NCBI GenBank assembly: GCA_001724265.1
Contig: MEDY01000043.1
Coordinates: 1 to 64,000 of the forward strand
Length of the DNA stretch: 64,000 nucleotides
Reading direction: 5' to 3'
Origin: Rhizaria sp. SCN 62-66
Taxonomy: Eukaryota
This document shows, piece by piece, positions 1 to 13,325 of this stretch (position 1 is the first letter of the stretch; every line of letters starts with the position of its first letter). The notes below the pieces were generated by a model, which was given only the letters and a program-made list of their open reading frames with translations, searched no databases and was not told the DNA's origin. The position numbers and the translations under genes are program-made.

Positions 1-1331
1 ACGCCGCAACTGCAGCCGCGGCGCACGCGGCACACAAAACGCACTCCGCATAGCTCCACTGCTCCGAGCACAACAGCGGCAGACGCAGACGTGAGGGACG
101 CGAGGGGGACATCTGCCTCGCAGGTTACCTCGCGCGGGGCCACGGCGGCGGCTGCGTCCGCGAACGTCGCCCCGAAGGCGGCGCGCGCAGCGGCCCAGTC
201 CGTACCGGCAAGCGCGGGCAGTCGGCCATCCCCAGCGCCGCCGCTGTTCCTGCCGTCGCCGCCGCCGTCGCAGTCGCCGTTGTCGGCGCTGTCGCCGGCG
301 CAGCCGCGGGTTCGCGGTGCGCGTGTGAGCAGCCGGCCGAGCCGCGCGACGCTCAGCGCGTCCTTGAACTCGTCAACCGCGCCGAGCGTCGCGTTCGCGT
401 TCGCAATCGCGGTGCGCTCGCGCGCTGCGCTCTGCGTGAGGAACGTCTTGAGCAGCTCGAGCTGCGCAGCGTACGGCGCGACTGCGAGCTCGTTGAAGGA
501 CGCAGTGCGGGTCTGCAGCTAAGCGAGCGACACTTCAGCGCGCTTGCGCAGCGCGGTCGTAAGCGCGGTCTCCTCCTCGAGCTGCTGCGTCAGCGTGGCG
601 ATGCGCGGGGTGAGCGTGGCAGCGTGGGTGCGGAGCTCGGTGTGTGTGTTTGTCGGCGATGGTGCGGCAGTTGTGGCCGCGGTGCTCGCCGTTGAGGACG
701 ACGCAGTGGCCGCAGAAGACGGCTTCGCACGTCTCGCACCAGTACATCATGGGGACGGGCTCGCCGTGTTTGTGGCAGGTCTGCGCGCGCGCGCGTGGGA
801 AGAAAGCAGTGAGAAGACAACGTGTCGCAAACGAGTGTAGCTGTGAGAGTTATCATTGGAACGTGCTCAGAGATGATGCGTCATGTCTAAGATTCGAAAC
901 AACGATGATGCAATATTTAGCACTAAAATAAAGCATGGAAAATAGTTCAAGGACGTACGCTCAGGGTGTGCAATGAGGACGCTGTCACGGCGGGTGCGGC
1001 AAGTGTGGCACTTTCTGAAGACTCTGACGATGATGCAGTGGCTGCGGGACTGGCTAAGCCTTGCAGCTCGCTCTCTGACTGTGTTGGAAAAGCGGGATGG
1101 GTGGAGGGATCGCAAACACAATGGTGTCGCTTGGTGTTGTGAATGTCTGTCAAGTGACTGGCAGTGTGGAGATGCGAGTTCGATGAAACGGGGGAGAGAA
1201 GGTTTTGGGTTGTGCAAAGAAATATCAACACGTACCTGCAAACATGCCTCACAGATGCGCGCGGGACGCTGTCCTGCAAGGGTGCGGATAATCTTACCGC
1301 ATAGCGCACAGCTGGATACTGCGCTCGCCAT
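1..1331 (-). CDS. B-box zinc finger + coiled-coil protein (TRIM37-like architecture), 3' end outside window; contains one frameshift and one in-frame TAG
   Basis: Exons 1331-1236, 1078-959 and 780-<1, with GTACGT..AG introns. The B-box reads CHKHGEPVPMMYWCETCEAVFCGHCVVLNGEHRGHNC. After a frame slip in the (GT)n run at 640-649 the frame reads TELRTHAATLTPRIATLTQQLEEETALTTALRKRAEVSLA[TAG]LQTRTASFNELAV..., coiled-coil like and open to the window edge. The start exon is uncertain. Confidence 0.7.
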
Positions 1332-4300
1332 GCAGGACCTGTAGACGTTGATGTACAGTTGAAAAAGTGATTTTACGCAAAAGGGATGAGGCGATTCATT
1401 GGATGCAAGAGTTGACGTAGAAGAATCGACTGTTCTTGGAAATCGACGGAGATTGACACTTATTTTGAGTATTGATGTTCATTATGACCAGTCTTGAATC
1501 TATAGATATTAACTAGAGGCTGTACAAATCGACTTTGTGAAGGTCCGGCGGAGCCTTCATTCACCCAAGCCGCCGACTCCCCAGTCATCATTCGGTCCCG
1601 TCTAAATTGGCACCCGAAATTCATGAACATGATTGAATACGGCGCCGATATCTGTGATTTTTTCGTCAATTGACACTAAAACTGCATTTTCCGATTTTAA
1701 CAGTGTTTGAAAATATAATCCCTTTATAATTTTCCTTACGTATATGTTTAACCCGGTCATCCAGCGCTCCGAGAAAATGGTGGCCAGTTCACAGGAAGTG
1801 CAGGCGCCGTCGGCGCCAGCGACGTGAGATGATCATCATAATGAATGTACGGTGCACTGGAGGGTCAAAGCCTATGTACAAAGCGTGGCAGCAACCGGTT
1901 TTTGTGTGCTTGTAAGCGCATTTATGCCTAAAATCTGGGTGGCAGGCAAGTGGACCATTGGACACCAACGTAATCATTTGTCATCGGAACAAATTTGATG
2001 CTTCATAGTTTTAACTTCTGGCGTTAGGTGTATATTATGTTTAATGTAAATTAATATTTCGTATATGTTCTTGGGTTTGCGATTTGACTTCAGTGAAGTG
2101 GTGAAATCGTTATCGGTAGTGTACGCCACGAGACGCTGTTTCACGATCCTCTCACCGGGCACCAAGGTTCTGATCAGGGACCTTTCCCAAATCAGTTAAA
2201 AATACGTGTTCTATTAATTTCATCAAATTTTGTCTAGTATATCTCATATTTTTACTCACAAGTACTTATACTGTGATTTTCGGCTCGTTTTAGATCCGTG
2301 TTTTGACACCAGGCCCACCTCGGGTTATCGTGGCCGGCACTGGCATCATATGATTGACGTTCATCACAAAATTCTGTCTTTAGGCACAAAATAAGACAAT
2401 AATTGGTTTATTACGATTTTTCGATCAAATTTTGTGTTTACCTGCTCTATCGTCGCAGATTGAGCATACTACGTTTCGCAGCCTCATGAAGCCTCGCAGC
2501 TACCGCGTCCACAACATTAAGGACGGCGCGACAACGCGTGATATTGCGGTGGCGACGCAAGCTTAGTGCGTGCTGACCACAACGCGCGGTGTTTTTGGCC
2601 TTTAAGAGTTTGGGATTCTCTTCACCAGGCCCGAGCCGTCGGTCGGCCCCAGTAACAGCTTTGGCCAGGGGCTGGCGTCACCACCCAGAGCAATGCTGAC
2701 GGCCTCGCGAATCACTTAGACGGTGAAGAGTCATTGCTATTTATTGCCATTAAGTCTCAGTGTGTTGGTTTCACTGCTTTGTTCCGTAATATCAGCGCTC
2801 AAGACATCGCTGCCCCGTCAACTGCGGTCTGTTACACCGGCGTTCAGGTGGTTTTACTGATATCACCTACTATAGATGACACGAGTAAACAATTGTGTGT
2901 ATATTTAATATTAATGCCGAATAATATGTTGTTCTATTGGCTTTATTTGATCGATCATCTCACTTTATGCAGCCAGCAGCTCCAACCCAGTCTCAGACAA
3001 GGAGGTTACGGTCAGTAAAGCTCAGATCATCGTCATTCTTATGACACATGTTGACATATGTGCGAGCTCGTCGAAAATAATTAATGATCTGCAATGTGTC
3101 CGTTATTACTGCTGTTTGAACATTGAATTGTACGATCTTGCGCAATATTAGCACATGTATGTTGTGATAATGTCATTTCGCGCCATTTGACTGTGGCAGT
3201 CACTGGGGCTTCACTGGCCGCGGGCTCATCATCATCGCACTTCTAAATCAAAAATTGACGCCACTAAAAACGTCAACACGTACCGTGTGCGCAACGCTTG
3301 TTTTCTGCGTCTTTTATGATACCTCCGCTCCGCTATGGGCCCTTTTTCCCGGCCGGCAGTGTCACCCCCTACGCACATCAGCTTATCCTGATAGTCAATA
3401 TCTCACAATAATGTGAAAATGTGTTTGGGGTTGTTTAATAACATGATTATGAGTAATAAGCCGGATGCATTGCTTCGTATAACCATTCAGACCTCGATTC
3501 ATCATGAGGGTCACACTCAGACTTGGCTGGCAAGGGGTGAATCGACGTCACTGAATGCTATCCACAGACTCGTGATGACACTCAGTTTTTACAATTCGCA
3601 CCTGTATTTGAATTCCATGAAGAGTGCTACCTTACAGTGGTGATTTACGTCACTCTGAGAAATCCCCTGATCAGAAGACCACCAAACGCTTGGTAGGTCA
3701 CTGGTGCGAAATCGGCTTCCTAACTATGACGGGCTATATCTCTTTATAATCAAACTTTAACTCAATAAATCTTGCTTTTTATAACGTGATGGCACTTTAG
3801 ATAGTAAATTAACTCGGTTATTTTTGTGTATTTACAATTTTTACAAATATATCCTTATTTTAAGTGCCCTGACTTGGACTCTGTAGTTACTTTTTCATAA
3901 ACTGACTTCAAGACGATGGGTCATGGCTAAGGTAGTTGCGGAATGGAAACTTAAACACAGAAATTTAAAATTCAAAAAGCGACCACAATCAAACAACGAG
4001 TTTCATATTCACCCCAAAGTGTATACACCGCGGTTTCGGCGATACAGTGTATTAGTTTTTTCGCAAATCCTGGATATGGACCTAAAAACGATTCTAACAA
4101 CAAATTTAAAATAGTTCATAATTTATTAAACAGAGGATTGCACATATCTCGGAAATAAGAATTCGTTCCATGATAATCTTCATCTATATTAATATTAAAA
4201 ACTGATTCGGACATCCCCTCAAATTGCCAAAAAATGACTCTGGCAGGCCTAATTGACATTTACAGCCCAACTGACTGGTCACCAGGAAAACGTTATAACT

Positions 4301-5581
4301 TCAAATTCAGTCTCTTTTGACGATTATTTCACGGCTGTGTTCTTGGTGAAGAAGGACCCCCCTACACCACCACAAACGCTTGTCACGGTCAGCAACAAAT
4401 TCTCTGGCAGGAGGTAAACAGGGTCTAGCGTAACGCTATCAATGGCTTCAAGTTTGAGATTGCACTATGCAATACTTATAATAACGTTAATATTTGAAAC
4501 ATCTTTATTTTTTGCGCATGCCTCAATTGGCGTTGCATATAGTCGTGATTCTGCGCATAGTCTTGGTCCAAGTGCTCTCGGTCATCTCAGTCTCTTCAGA
4601 CATGGCTTGAACGCACTATGTTGGGGCATCCGTTTGTTATCAATCAGATTGATTAGGGCTAAAGCGGCGTGTAAAGAGCAGACATGCTTAGGGTGTGCGC
4701 GACACGGCACAGCAAGGCGTAACAACGTGCACTGGGAAGAGCTTTGAGGGTCGCGAGGCACAGTGAGGCGGCGCGGCTAAGACAAACACAAACAAGCTTA
4801 GCAATGCAGTGGATACAGAAAGCCGCAGCGATGTAGCAATACAGACGGCTGCAAGGCCGATGGCAACGTTCCTGGAGCAGCAGCAAGACATGATACCAAC
4901 TGCTGTGACGAGCTTGAGATCGCTGGCAGCGCCAGAGCTCAGAGCGGCAGCGTGTGCGCACGTCAGCGGGGCGCGAGCGTACTAAGTTGGCGGTCGCTCA
5001 CCATAACGCATCGTAGCGTCTGGGCGCAACCTGCGCCTGTCTTGGCCCGCATGAGCGCCGGAGGCGGACGCGGACTGAGCCGGAATGGGGCGTACGAATA
5101 CATCTTTCCAGATTTGGCAAATACTAACACCATCATGCCGATTTACGCAATCATTTTCACTGTGACGTTTGTTCGGGCGGTTCAGCGCTTCAGCCCAGGC
5201 ATGCAAATCGCACGACGGCTCCACTGCGAAGCGACTTCTTTGTCAATATTGGTGACATCAACACGAAGCGCCGCAGCACTGACAGCCTTTGCGTTGACGT
5301 TCATCTCGTGCATGTGCATTGCAGTCACACAGCAGCTCCATCCTCGGCAGCGTATCTCACGCACATCGATCACCATCGCAGTGAGTGCGGCCGCGATGGC
5401 GGCGCGGTTAGTCAACAGCAGTGCGCTGAGGCCCAAGCACCGCGCAGTTGAGAGCGTAGACACGCCACTGAGAGAGTGGTAGTAGTTACTCTGGTAGTGA
5501 CGAGGCCGATTGCCAGAGACTAGAGCGGGTCACAACTCCGGAGTCAGAGTCATAATCAAATTATCGATGTCGCGCTTTCGT

Positions 5582-8433
5582 TTAAAGGTCCTATTGTTCC
5601 TCCTCCCGATTGAGAGTCATAAGCCGGAACCCAGCGAGCGTCGCCACGAGCCTGTTGGCGAGCACTCGACTGCGCTTGGCCACGCCCGCGCCGTCGGCGG
5701 CCAGCACGACGCGCAGGGCCGGGTGGATGCTGCTCGCCACAGCGGTCTTCGTGGCGGTGTCATAGGCCGTGGAACCGAAAAACACAGTCACCGTTTCTGC
5801 GAAGTAGGCAGCCAGAACTTGTTGTGGCGAGTCGGCTTCGGCCTTGAGCAGCGCCAGTACTTGGCCGCCGCCGCACAGCAGCGCCGGGACGTCTTTGTGT
5901 TCGACGGCGAGAAGCTGCCGCAGCACCCAATAGAGCGCGGCGACGAGGTCCAGCTCGCCGGCGTCGACCGCGGCCGCGACGTCCGCCTCAGAGCGCGGCA
6001 GCAGCTTCTGCAGCAGCGCCACCACGACCGCGACGTCGGCCTCTTTGAGCGCGCCGCGCTGTCGCGGCAGGAGCAGGCCCAGGAAGGACAGCGCGTGCAG
6101 CAGCGCCCCGCCGTCGGCCGCCGTGGCCACAACGCGCAGTGCCAGCGCGGCGGCCCCGGCCGCGCCGGGCGCCGAGGCCAGGTCGTCGCGCGCGGCCTCT
6201 GCGGCGGCCCACGGCATGCCCGCCGCGCCCGGGTCAAGCTGCCCCAGCGTCTGCAGCAGCAAGTATACGAACACGCGGTGCGCGCGCGCTGCGGCGGCGT
6301 TCACGGCGCCGTCCGCGGCGGGCGCGGGCGGCTTGTGCGCGAGCGCGAGCAGCGCGGGCAGCGCGGCCACCAAGGGCTTGCTGGCGAAGCAGCCCGTGGG
6401 GCGCGTGTGGTCGCCCCGCGCGGCCGTGCGGTGCGTGCTCATCGCAGCACCGGCGCTGCGGCCGCTGGCGCTCTGGCCGCGCAGCGCGGCGCGGCGCTCG
6501 GCCACGCGCAGCGCGTTGAAGCGCAGCAGCACGGCCGCGGCAACGGCGTGCGGCCACGCGCGCGGGGCCGCGCCGGGCGGCCGCTCACGCAGCCCAGGGC
6601 GCCGCCGGCAAAGCCTCCGCCGGCGAAGGCTCCGCTGGCAAAGCCGCGGCCGGAGTGCGCGAGGAAGGCGGCGCAGAAGGCGTCGCAACTGCACCACAGC
6701 AGCGCGTCGTCCGGGTGCGGAAACAGCGGCGCCGCTGCGGCCACTGGCGCACCCTTGCTTTTCCTCCCGTCAGCGGCGCCGGCTGCGGCTGCGGCCGTGG
6801 CTGCAACTGGGACCGTGAGCGGGCGGTGCGGCAGCGGGGCGAGGCGCGCGAGCCCCGCCATTGCGGCGGGCCGCGGGACGCCGACGCGGACGTCGGCCCG
6901 CTCTGAGGGCGGGCCGCCAAAGGGGTCGAAAGGCTGTGCTGACGCGCCGGCGGGGACAGCGCGCTCGAGGCGGCTGGCGCGCGGCCGCGGCGTGCGCGGG
7001 ATGACGGGCCCGCTCGTCACGCCCAGTCCGAGCCCAAGCCCCGTGCCGAGGCCCAGGCCACCTTGCTGCTGCTGCTGGGGCGGCAGTGGCGGCGGCGGCG
7101 GACTGCCAAAGCCGCCCCATCGGGGGGGCGGACTGTTGAGGGCCATGGCGGGCGTCACGGCCTGCCCCGCGCTGCGGAACTTGGCGTGGGAAGCCAGACG
7201 GACTGCAGCGCGGGCAGCGCCCCAGCCGCGGCAGCCGCCGCCGTTACCGTCGTCGTCGAACTCGTCGTCGCTCAGGACCCTCTGCTGCACGACGTCCGCG
7301 CTGTCGTCGGGCGCTGCGCCGTCCGCGCCCGCGCTCTCGTCCGCGCCAACCGCGGCCGCGGCGTCTGGTGTGACGGCGACCGCGGCGGCAGCAGCGGGCG
7401 TGAGCAGGTAGCGCGCGTCGTCGCCGGTCATGAGCGCGTCGGCCAGCTGCGAGAGGCGTGTGAACACAAAGCCCGCGGCCGGCCGCGACAGCGCAAACCG
7501 CGGGGACACTTGGCCACTGCTGCAGGAGCCGACGTCCAGAGCTGCGGTGTCCAGAGCGGCGGCGTCCAGAGCGGCGGCGTCCAGAGCGGCGGTGTTCAGA
7601 GACGTGGCTGAGGCGACTGTCGGCAACGTGCGAGAAAGACCAGGGACAACGGGTGCGCTAATGGGGGCAACTGGGCCGTGGTTGTCGCCGAAGGAAAAAC
7701 CAGCTTTGAGCGCACTCGCGGTCGCGTTAGCGGCTGCGTCAGAGGGGGCAGCGAAGCTGGTGCGGGGGACGAAGCTGAAGCCCGTCGCGGTAATCGAACT
7801 CGTGGGACCCATGCGGCTGAACGCATTGTTGATGTCGACGCGTCCGTCTTTGCGCGCTGCGGCGCCAGTGCCAGTGCCAGCGGAAGCAGCGAAAGCGGCA
7901 GCAGTCGAGCTTGTTGATAATCGCGTGTCGTGGTCGTCGCAAACGAGGGCGGCGTCGCGCTCCTAAACCGTGATGCCCAGGGAGGCCGCGGCGGAGCTAG
8001 CCACTGTCGCCGCGGGCACCTGTCTGGCCGGGTGCGCGGTGAAGCGCGCGAGGTAGGCGCTGAGGGGCTTGACTGCGCGGAAGAGCTGCCGGTGCACGGT
8101 GAGGACGAGGCGGAAGCGCGAGAGCTGAAACAGCGCCTCGGCCGCGGCCACGCGCGTCAGGTCGTCGGCGCTCTCGAGGAGCGGGAGTACGGTCGCGGCC
8201 ACGTCGTGCGCGGCGAAGAAGCCGCTGATGGCCTCGTCGAGCGCCGCCGCAGCCGCGCTGGAGACAGGGCGACCGTCGCGCGCAGTGGTGTCGAGGCTAG
8301 CGCGGTGCCGGCCTAGCTTGCGCAGCGCGGCGGGCAAGAGGTTGATCTTGGCAAAAGCAGTAGTGCCGCCATCTCCACTGGTCGCCGCGAGCGCAGACAC
8401 CGCCGCCTCCAGGTCCAGCAAACACTTCGTCAT
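5582..8433 (-). CDS. Uncharacterised ~950-aa protein with ARM/HEAT-like helical N- and C-terminal parts and a low-complexity middle
   Basis: ORFs 7963-8433 and 6439-7812 share a frame and are separated only by TAG (7963-7965). A 1-nt frame slip near 6575-6585 joins ORF 5591-6697, which reads ..REEEQ[TAG]DL[TAA], with TAA at 5582-5584. Confidence 0.6.
7534..7601. repeat. 15-bp coding tandem repeat, ~4 copies, encoding (T/A)AALD
   Basis: GTCCAGAGC(G/T)GCGG(C/T) units; the minus-strand translation is TAALDAAALDAAALDTAALD. Confidence 0.85.
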
Positions 8434-10185
8434 GTGAAAAGTGGCAGCAACCTGCTTGAGGGCACACAGGGATCAGGAAACGAAGTAAGGAAGAAAAACT
8501 CGAAAACATCGTAAAACAGCCAAACATTTCGATAAAGCACCACCCAGCGCACATGTTTCTTCTTGATTCCTTTCTCTCCTCTCTTCCACACAATCTGCAT
8601 GACGCCAAACGTGATTCAGTACAACAGGGTTGCAGACCAAAGAGCATTGGGTTTCTCAACCAAGGTTGTGCGAGCTAGGGACATTATTTAGAAGATATAA
8701 TAACAGACTCCCAGGGTATACGTTGATTCAGCCATGATATTATTGGTAGAGATGGGATGTATGAGTGTACACGTCAAAAACGACTTGATTTTGAGACACC
8801 ACGCTGCCTGTGATCGAGCTTGATGTGGTTGGAATAGGCCCACAAAAAGAAAATATCGGAAATACCGTAGTTACTTTGTGTCCATGTACATTTATAATAA
8901 GTATTACACATTTGTTACTAGTTTGAACGAGAAAGACAGTATACTATGAATATAAATAGTGGCATATGCTAAGTGTTACATATTTGATACGAGATTTAGC
9001 TTTGCACGGGAGTGTCCAGGCAGTCATAAGAATGACCCACCTGAGCGAGGGCTCTTATTGCATTTGTCAAAACAAAAGGGAGTAATCCTTTTAGTTTAAG
9101 GTATGAACCTGGACATTTGTTTGGTTATATCTGCTCAACTCACGTGAGATGAGCACCGCCAGCTTGTTGCTGGTGTTTCAATCAATCCAAATATTAAAAG
9201 CCGTTGCGATTTGGCGAAACAGAACATTGGTGGAACTCAAACTGATGCTGCCGCTCTTATTGCTGTTGCTGTTGCTACCGTTGCCCGGATCATGCATCTA
9301 TGCGAGAGCGAATGCCACCGCGGTGTGGGCGCTCGCGGGCGCTCACATCACAGGTTGTTACTAGTACTGTTCACATAGGCCGAGGTGTAGGCGTTGAGCT
9401 CCAGCGCCGCCGCAGAGAGCGACGATCGTATCATGTCTCACGGTAATACAGACCATGATAGCGGGAGAGAGAGTGCCTGTGCAGTGATTTTGATGAAGCT
9501 TTCGTTCTGGTTAAAATGCTTTTCATGCTGATGTTCGAGTGATTAGATGCATTCATGACGTATACACGCGACAATAAGAAGCTATCGCCCATTGATGCAA
9601 CGCTGTTCTATTAGCTATGAGCCAGTCCTACGTTGATGCAGAGTGGCAACGTTCAATACTAACCTTTTGCCGCGTTGTGCCGCGCAAAACGATGAAACTC
9701 AAACGACGCGTGCTACTACATATGCATGGTTTCAACATCATAGATCCTCACGCCTAAAATATTTAACTTGCCCACCACTTGAAAACTCAGACCACATACA
9801 ACATGTCAACATTTTATCTCTTAAACCATTTGCTGTGACCATGGGAGTGGCTGTAACGGCTCGGGAAAGCGCAAGACGATGGTTGCTGCTGCGTCGCGCA
9901 GAGCGACGTCATTCGGGTGGCCGAGGAGGCCTAACATTGCGGAACATACACGAGTCACCACATCTAACAACAAGAATTTAGCCAGCTAAACCCGTGAGAA
10001 AACTAGCTGATTGATGTGAGTTATGATTTCGTCGTCCGCCAATTTTCTTTTTTATTTGGCTAAACGGCAGCGACGCCAGAACACTTCCTCAACATAGCAA
10101 CCGCATCCTGATTTCTGCCCTCGGCCCCTCCAAACTCCTTACTCCCACTGTTTTCACACATCTTAACACGTTTCTCCTGATTCAG

Positions 10186-12121
10186 ATGGCCAAGAAGAAG
10201 AACTCTAGCCAGCTTGGCAGCGCAGCGCCTGCAAATGAGCCGCTTATGGCTGACGGAACGGTAAGTTCACGGGACTCGGCTCTTTTGCCGTGCCACGTCG
10301 ACACACCTTTCGCGTGCATTTAACCACGTTAGATTTCATCTTTTGTTGTTGCTGCGTGCTATATCATAGCCACTACGTTATAATAGCTTTATTTTCGCTG
10401 CTTGAACCTCACTGAACTCTTTCTTTTGTCCTGTATTTTAGTTCCCTGAAACCGATATCAACGGACTGACCCCGCCCGTTTCGCAGAGCGCTGGCCCTGC
10501 GGGCAGCGCGCGCGGCGTGCCGAACTACAACTACCATGCCTCCGTGGAGGACGACGATCTGATCGCGCCCGATATCGAGTCGATCAACGTGACTGGCGGC
10601 AAGTTCGCCGAGCTTGACCCGACGATGTCGAGCCTGGGCGGCATCGGCGACAAGGAGTCGGAGCCGCTGACATGGTGGCAGACTCTCGCGGTGCACTACC
10701 AGTACGTCACCGTCGGCTTCTTCTACGGCTCCATGCAGCCGCTGATGTACCCGATCTTCAACCACATGCTGGGCATGCAGTCGTACGCCGTCAAGGGCGG
10801 GTACCAGGTGATGACCATCTGGTGGACGCTCAAGATGTTCATCGGCGCCTTCTCCGACGCCTTCCCCATCATGGGCTACCGCCGCAAGCCGTACATCCTG
10901 ATCGGCTGGACGCTGGCCGTGGCGATGACCGTGGTGACAATCACGCTTGGTCAGCCGCACAAAGGCGACGCCGCGTGGCCCTACCTCATGTGCTTCTCCG
11001 CCATCAACTTCTTCTACATCATCGCCGACGTGGCGATGGACGGCATGGTCACGGACCTGGCGCAGCGCGAGAAGGAGTCGGACCGCGGCAAGCTGCAGTC
11101 GGGCATCTACTTCGCGCGCTTTATTGCCATGGCCGTCACCTCGGCGCTCATGGCCTTCGGCTTCTCCGACGAGCGCTACGGCGGCACCTTCAGCTGGTCC
11201 TTCGACCTCCCCGACTACCTGCTCATCCTCGTCGGCATCGGCCTGCTCGGCCTGTACCCCTACTACCGCATGGAGGAGGAGGGCGGCTACCAGCGCCAGT
11301 CGTACACGGGCCAGTTCGTGAAGCTGTTCAAGCGCGTGCAGCTCAACGCCGTGTGGCGCGTCGTGTGCTTCTCCTTTTCGGTCCACTTCTTCGCCTACAT
11401 CTCCAACGCGGCGTCGTACGACATCGTCAAGCAGTGGTGCAACACTGAGCCCTGGGTCAACGGACTCTTCTCCAACGTCCTGTCGAACCTCGTCATCGCG
11501 GGCGGCATCTGGATCACGAAGAAGTACCTGCTCAACACGTCGTGGCACAAGATCCTCTTCTGGTCCATCATTGGCATGTCTCTGCTGGCCTACATTCCTG
11601 CCATCATCGTCGACCTCGGCGTGACGCGCTCGCAGTACTTCTACGCCGCCGCGCCGCTCGTGTCGCAGCTCGTCATGGGCATCTTCTTCATCGTTTCGTC
11701 TTACTGCGCCGTCGAGGTCGCCGAGCCGGGCTCCGAGGCCATCATGTACGGCCTCATTACCACCGTCGGCAACCTCACCGTGCCTTTCACCACGCTCATC
11801 TCCTCCATGCTCGCCACGGCCTTCAACCTCTACGACAAGGACGGCAACCTGCACGACGACGACGCCGGCCGCAAGCGCATGCTCGCGCTCGACACGGTCA
11901 TCTTCTTCCTCCAGCTCTGCGCGCTTCCCACGCTGCTCATCCTGCCGCAGCAGAAGGCCCAGATCCAGGCCCTTATCGCCACCGGCGCGCGCTCCTACAA
12001 GATGGCCGTGCTTGTCGTCGTGCTCCTCACTTTCTGCATGATCTGGTCGCTCATGGGCAACTTCATGCAGATCTTCGAGGGCACCGCCTGCCTTAAGATC
12101 GTCGGCGGCTCCGGCTGCTAA
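10186..12121 (+). CDS. BT1-family folate/biopterin transporter (MFS)
   Basis: Exon 1 10186-10260, intron 10261-10486 (GTAAGT..CAG), exon 2 10487-12121 ending TAA. Contains the BT1-type motif WTLKMFIGAFSDAFPIMGYRRKPY, IADVAMDGMV and many hydrophobic segments. Confidence 0.9.
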
Positions 12122-13325
12122 GCGCTCGACAACACTACAACCCCTTCCGTGCATGCGCGCCCCTCGGTCAGCCAGTCAATCAGTTACCGACTGTGCTGTG
12201 GGGGCGCGCGGCGCGGCGGTCGACCCCCCCGCGGACGCAGTCATCACTGTAAAAGCACTGCCAGCACGTACTAAGCCCGTCTGCGTCCATCGGGTTCCGC
12301 CGACCAGTCCTACTACAAGCCGAACTTTTATCTTTTCTCGGCTCTGCGGATTTCACAATTATTATTCGCAACTTAAATCATGATCATATTAACCACCGGG
12401 CACCTCGCTGTGTGTGTTTCAGTCTGTCTCTGAGAACCAATGAATGAACCGGAGTGCGCACTAGTTGTTGCGCTGCGTGTGCCCGCGCTCACTCTCGCGC
12501 GTGCACCCCTCACACCCCTCACCTCCACGCCAACGCTCGCACTCGCACTCTCGTTGCAGCACTTACACAAGCAAGTGTCTTTTCAAGTGGTGTGTACATT
12601 GTTCTCTCTTTCAATCTGAATGGTTTTGTATTTATTCAAAATAGTAATAAGACAGATTCCGTCAGTCATGTTCTTCTCTTTCATCTATACATTAGGCATT
12701 TATAACCAAATCTGTTGCTTGATCCCGTATCTCATGCATATGAGTCGCTCAGCTTCTGAGAAGCAATTATAAGTTTTTTGTTCAAGTGGTCAACGAGCGA
12801 CAACAAGACATACATTCAGTTTTGTTTGCTGTGCGACGCGAGCAATACTGAGCCAATGCGACTCTGCTACTGTGGGTGCGCGGCGGCTGATGTGCTCACG
12901 GTCAACGCGGGTCAGAGGTAGCCACTTGAAGCTGCGTCGACGAGACGTTGACCCACGCATCAAGCCAGCTAGCAAAAAGCATCGTAGATCAAGCAACCAC
13001 GGTCGTCAAGAGAAGTTTTGCCGATGCGATTGGATTTAAATTGCAGTTTTAATCATATATGGTGAATTATACATCGTGTAATTGCGTTTGTTTTTCTGAA
13101 AAACATCTAGAAAAGTTTGATGTGAGTCCGGGTCTTTCCTTCATATCCCAGCCTTCTTGAATCATTGGCCCGGCCGTCTATAACATCTCGCAATGAAATT
13201 ATACGCCATATATCCAGAACTATATGTGATTGTGTCTTATATTCTATGTGATTTGTCCCTCCCCGTTTTGTTTCTGTTGCGTAGCACGCTTGACCCGTGC
13301 TGACAGGCTTGGCGTCCTCCAACCA

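Noticed and set aside
5510-7411. 633-aa plus-strand ORF
   Set aside because: Antisense to the minus-strand gene, with no recognisable motifs.
9150-9435. Short coding-like patch with a (GTTGCT)n microrepeat
   Set aside because: Multiple stops including TGA, and no recognisable product.
10409-12154. 581-aa minus-strand ORF
   Set aside because: Antisense shadow of the BT1 transporter caused by high GC3.
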